Made by a program: the position numbers and the translations under genes. A DNA stretch of 64,000 nt from Dipteris shenzhenensis (lineage: Eukaryota), in NCBI GenBank assembly GCA_047967505.1, contig CM106538.1. One strand, given 5' to 3'. This document shows, piece by piece, positions 61,103-64,000 of the stretch. Position 1 is the stretch's first letter; every line of letters starts with the position of its first letter. The notes below the pieces were generated by a model, which saw nothing but the letters and a program-made list of their open reading frames with translations, was not told the DNA's origin and did no database searches.

Positions 61103-62305
61103 ATGGAGGCAGAAGGACAGAATTCTAGGGTGAATCCTAGTGAGTCTAGAGCACGGTCTACACAACAAATGTCACATCACACAGCACCTACTTTGATCGG
61201 TAGGATTTCGATATTAGAAGATGCTTTACAGCAGATTATGAACCAGCAGCTTCAAGTGGACGCTGGTCAGAATGAGATCAGGGAGATGGTGCAAGCCTTG
61301 TCGGCTAGACCGTCTAGAATTGATAAGGGCAAAGCTCCAGCAGAGCCAGAGCCCAGTATACATTCATTAGAGCGTGCGAGGGTCAAAGTGCCTAATATTG
61401 CTAATTATAGACCGGAGAAGTACGCTGTTCGGATGACCGAGCGCAGTTCTGATGTGATCGAGGTTTGGTTACACAAGTGGGAAGAAGCCTTCGCCATTTG
61501 TGAAATCGGCTCTGATCTAAAGAAAATCCGTGAGGCCACTCACCTGTTTATTGAGGCAGCGGATAAATGGTGGATAAAGCAACAGAAGGATCAAGTTGCT
61601 CCTACCACCTGGGAAGGGTTTAAAGCTGAAATTAAGAAACACTTTCTCCCACCTGATGAAGAGTCTCGAGCTTGGGATGCTTACAGAAATCTTCCTCAGA
61701 GGAGTCTGTCGGTGGCAGAGTACACTGACAAATTCTGGAAATGTGTCATGAAAATAACAGACCCTCTCCCTATGTCGGTTCAGTTAAAAGACTATATCTA
61801 TGGACTGAACGACAAGATCAAAATGGAAGTTCGGGCTAAATATGTGACTACATTAGATGAATCTATTGCAGTAGCCTTGAACTATGAGGATGTCAGAGGC
61901 AGATCTGGTGGATTTATGCAGGCAGGGACTCAGTATGAGTACCCGAAAAAAGGGGGATTTCAGAGGAAATGGACTTCAAAGACAAGTGTCTCACAGCCAA
62001 GTGGCCAAACCAAGCAGGTAAAGCCGGTTGAGGGACCAGTAAAAACAAGTACCACCGTTGGGGTGAAAAGGAAAATAACTCCAATCGCAGCTCGGGCTTG
62101 GTCAAAGTCCTCGTTGACCCCTGAACAAAAAGAGAAAGCTAGAAAAGAAGAATTGTGCTTCGGCTGCCTTCAGCGACATCAGTGGAAGGATTGTCCACTG
62201 AATAAAGACCGTCGCACGGCTAATATGATAATATCTGAATGCGACGTCGAAATGCAGGAGAGTCCCAATGCGGAACATATGCAGATGCAATTGGCGGGAG
62301 GTTAG
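61103..62305 (+). CDS. gag: Gag of family X copy 2
   Basis: 400-aa ORF with a retrotransposon gag core and the CFGCLQRHQWKDC knuckle. Confidence 0.85.
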   Translation: MEAEGQNSRVNPSESRARSTQQMSHHTAPTLIGRISILEDALQQIMNQQLQVDAGQNEIREMVQALSARPSRIDKGKAPAEPEPSIHSLERARVKVPNIANYRPEKYAVRMTERSSDVIEVWLHKWEEAFAICEIGSDLKKIREATHLFIEAADKWWIKQQKDQVAPTTWEGFKAEIKKHFLPPDEESRAWDAYRNLPQRSLSVAEYTDKFWKCVMKITDPLPMSVQLKDYIYGLNDKIKMEVRAKYVTTLDESIAVALNYEDVRGRSGGFMQAGTQYEYPKKGGFQRKWTSKTSVSQPSGQTKQVKPVEGPVKTSTTVGVKRKITPIAARAWSKSSLTPEQKEKARKEELCFGCLQRHQWKDCPLNKDRRTANMIISECDVEMQESPNAEHMQMQLAGG

Positions 62306-64000
62306 TACCTGTGTTGTTAAGTGTGTCTGTTACTAAGTTAGTAAGCGGTGCACCTGATAACATCCTATCTAAGCCCGTAGCAACGGGGTATACAGCCTTT
62401 AATGATATGGAGTTAATTAAAATGAAAGGGCAAGTGGCCAATCATGATGTCATTGTGTTGTTTGACTCGGCGTCAACTCACAATGTGATTAACTCCAAGC
62501 TCGTGAAGAGGCTGAAATTAAGACAAGTCCATCTGACTATGCGTATACAATCAGGATGGCAGATGGAAGTTCAACTGAAGTATGGGACCAAAGGGTTACC
62601 CAGTTGGAGCTTCGGATTCAGGACTATGCTGAGAAGCTTGATTTTGAAATGACCAAGCTTGCTCATGCAGATATAGCCCTAGTTATGGCGTGGCATTCTA
62701 GGAAGAATCCAGCCATTGATTGGAAAAAGCACGTATATCAATTCCGGATGAATGATGTGCTTTATGTCTTGCGAGGTGAGAAAGATATACCTCAGGGACC
62801 GTTGGTTTCCGTGATGGAAATCCGAAAAGCTCAAGTAGAGTTTTTATTCCTTTGCACAGCATCGGTAGAGCCGGTTGATGATTCTTCGGCTAGCACTGAT
62901 GTTACGCAAAGTGATGAGATGGCCAAGCTGGCTAATCTTATAACAGAGGAGTTCTCTGAATGTTTTAGAGATGAACTACCTTATGAGTTACCTCCAGAGC
63001 GGAAAGTTCAACATAAGATTAAATTGATCCCGGGGGCAGAACCTGTAAATAGGCCGCCCTATAGAATAAGTAGGTGCGCAGACAACTGGAAGAATATCTC
63101 AAGTTGGGGCAGATTCAACCAAGTTTCTCACCTTTTGCTTTGCCAGTGATATTAAAGAAGAAAAAGCATGATACGTTTCGCCTCTGTATAGATTACAGAG
63201 CATTGAATAATATCACTGTTAAGCACAGGTATCCGATGGCTCGGATTGATGGTTTGCTAGATGCATTACATGGAGCCGTGATTTTCAATAAGATTGATCT
63301 TAAGTGTGGCTACCATCAAATCCGGATTAGAGCCGAGGATGTGCATAAAACCGCTTTCAGAAGCAGGTTTGGTCATTATGAGTTTTTCGTAATACCCTTC
63401 GGACTTACCAATGCTCCAGCGACCTTCGTCATGCTTATGAATGATTTACTACATCCGTATATCGGAAAGTTCGTAGTACATTTTATTGACGATATCCTGA
63501 TATTCAGTAAGAGTATTACTGAGCATCGTGAACACTTAAGAGTAGTGTTCAGTACTTTGAGGAAAGCCAGTCTTGATGTAAATAAAAAGAAAACTATACT
63601 GTGTATGGTTAGGCTTGAATATTTAGGATTCATAATTACTCCACAGGGGGTAGAAATGGATCCGAAGAAAGTGGCTGCGATACTAACTTGGTCAATCCCT
63701 CAGAGTCTGACCGTGTTGCGATCATTCTTGGGATTTGTCCACTTTTATAGAAGGCATATCAAAGGATATTCCGAAATAGTATCGCCATTGACTGATCTGA
63801 CCTCAGATAAAGTACCTTTTATTTGGGGGTAGAATCAACAAGAAAGTTTTAACACCATAAAACAAGCTGTGGTCTTAGGACCGGTGTTAAAAATAGTTGA
63901 TCCCCAGAAACCGTTGTTCCTGAAAACCGATGCAAGTGGCATTGCGGTGGGAGCAGTCCTCCTTCAAGAGGGAAGGCCAGTAGCCTTTGAAAGCAAGAAG

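Larger units (their letters stand above)
50197..64000 (+). mobile_element. Gypsy family X, copy 2 (continues past the window; element Y sits in its leader)
   Basis: LTR 50197-50643 and PBS TGGTATCAGAGC at 50646-50657. gag at 61103-62305, then frameshifted PR (VLFDSASTHNVI), RT (FIDDIL) and the start of RH. Confidence 0.9.

Noticed and set aside
62239-62310. Apparent -1 gag/pol frameshift in family X copy 2
   Set aside because: No slippery heptamer, and this copy has other frameshifts, so decay is sufficient explanation.
1-64000. CRISPR arrays, rRNA/tRNA genes, hammerhead ribozyme cores
   Set aside because: The repeats lack repeat-spacer structure. The CTGATGA/CTGACGA hits I noticed lack a paired GAAA core. 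No full tRNA cloverleaf was seen. This was checked by eye only.

Overview
This is land-plant nuclear DNA, most likely a fern (inferred from a DYW:WW-like PPR domain and a TE-filled giant intron). There are two host genes. The first is a PLS-class PPR editing-factor gene (215-2767, minus strand) whose DYW deaminase domain is cut off by one in-frame TAG. The second is represented by the last two exons of a thioredoxin z (TRXz/CITRX)-like gene (25460-25792, minus strand), which the ORF track misses. I found no upstream WCGPC exon, implying an intron of more than 38 kb. The rest is mostly nested transposons: two Tnt1/Tork-like Copia elements plus a truncated copy, several decayed Ty3/Gypsy elements (two with chromodomains), LINE fragments and a hAT MITE. 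The most notable feature is a young non-chromovirus Ty3/Gypsy element (51218-60841; 474-bp LTRs; TACGA TSD). It has no polypurine tract next to its 3' LTR. In that position it has a tRNA-3'-end-like sequence (CACCGGGAGTGCCA-AG) that mirrors its normal PBS, which suggests tRNA priming of both cDNA strands. It also has a ~780-codon extra ORF in frame with gag-pol behind a single TGA.
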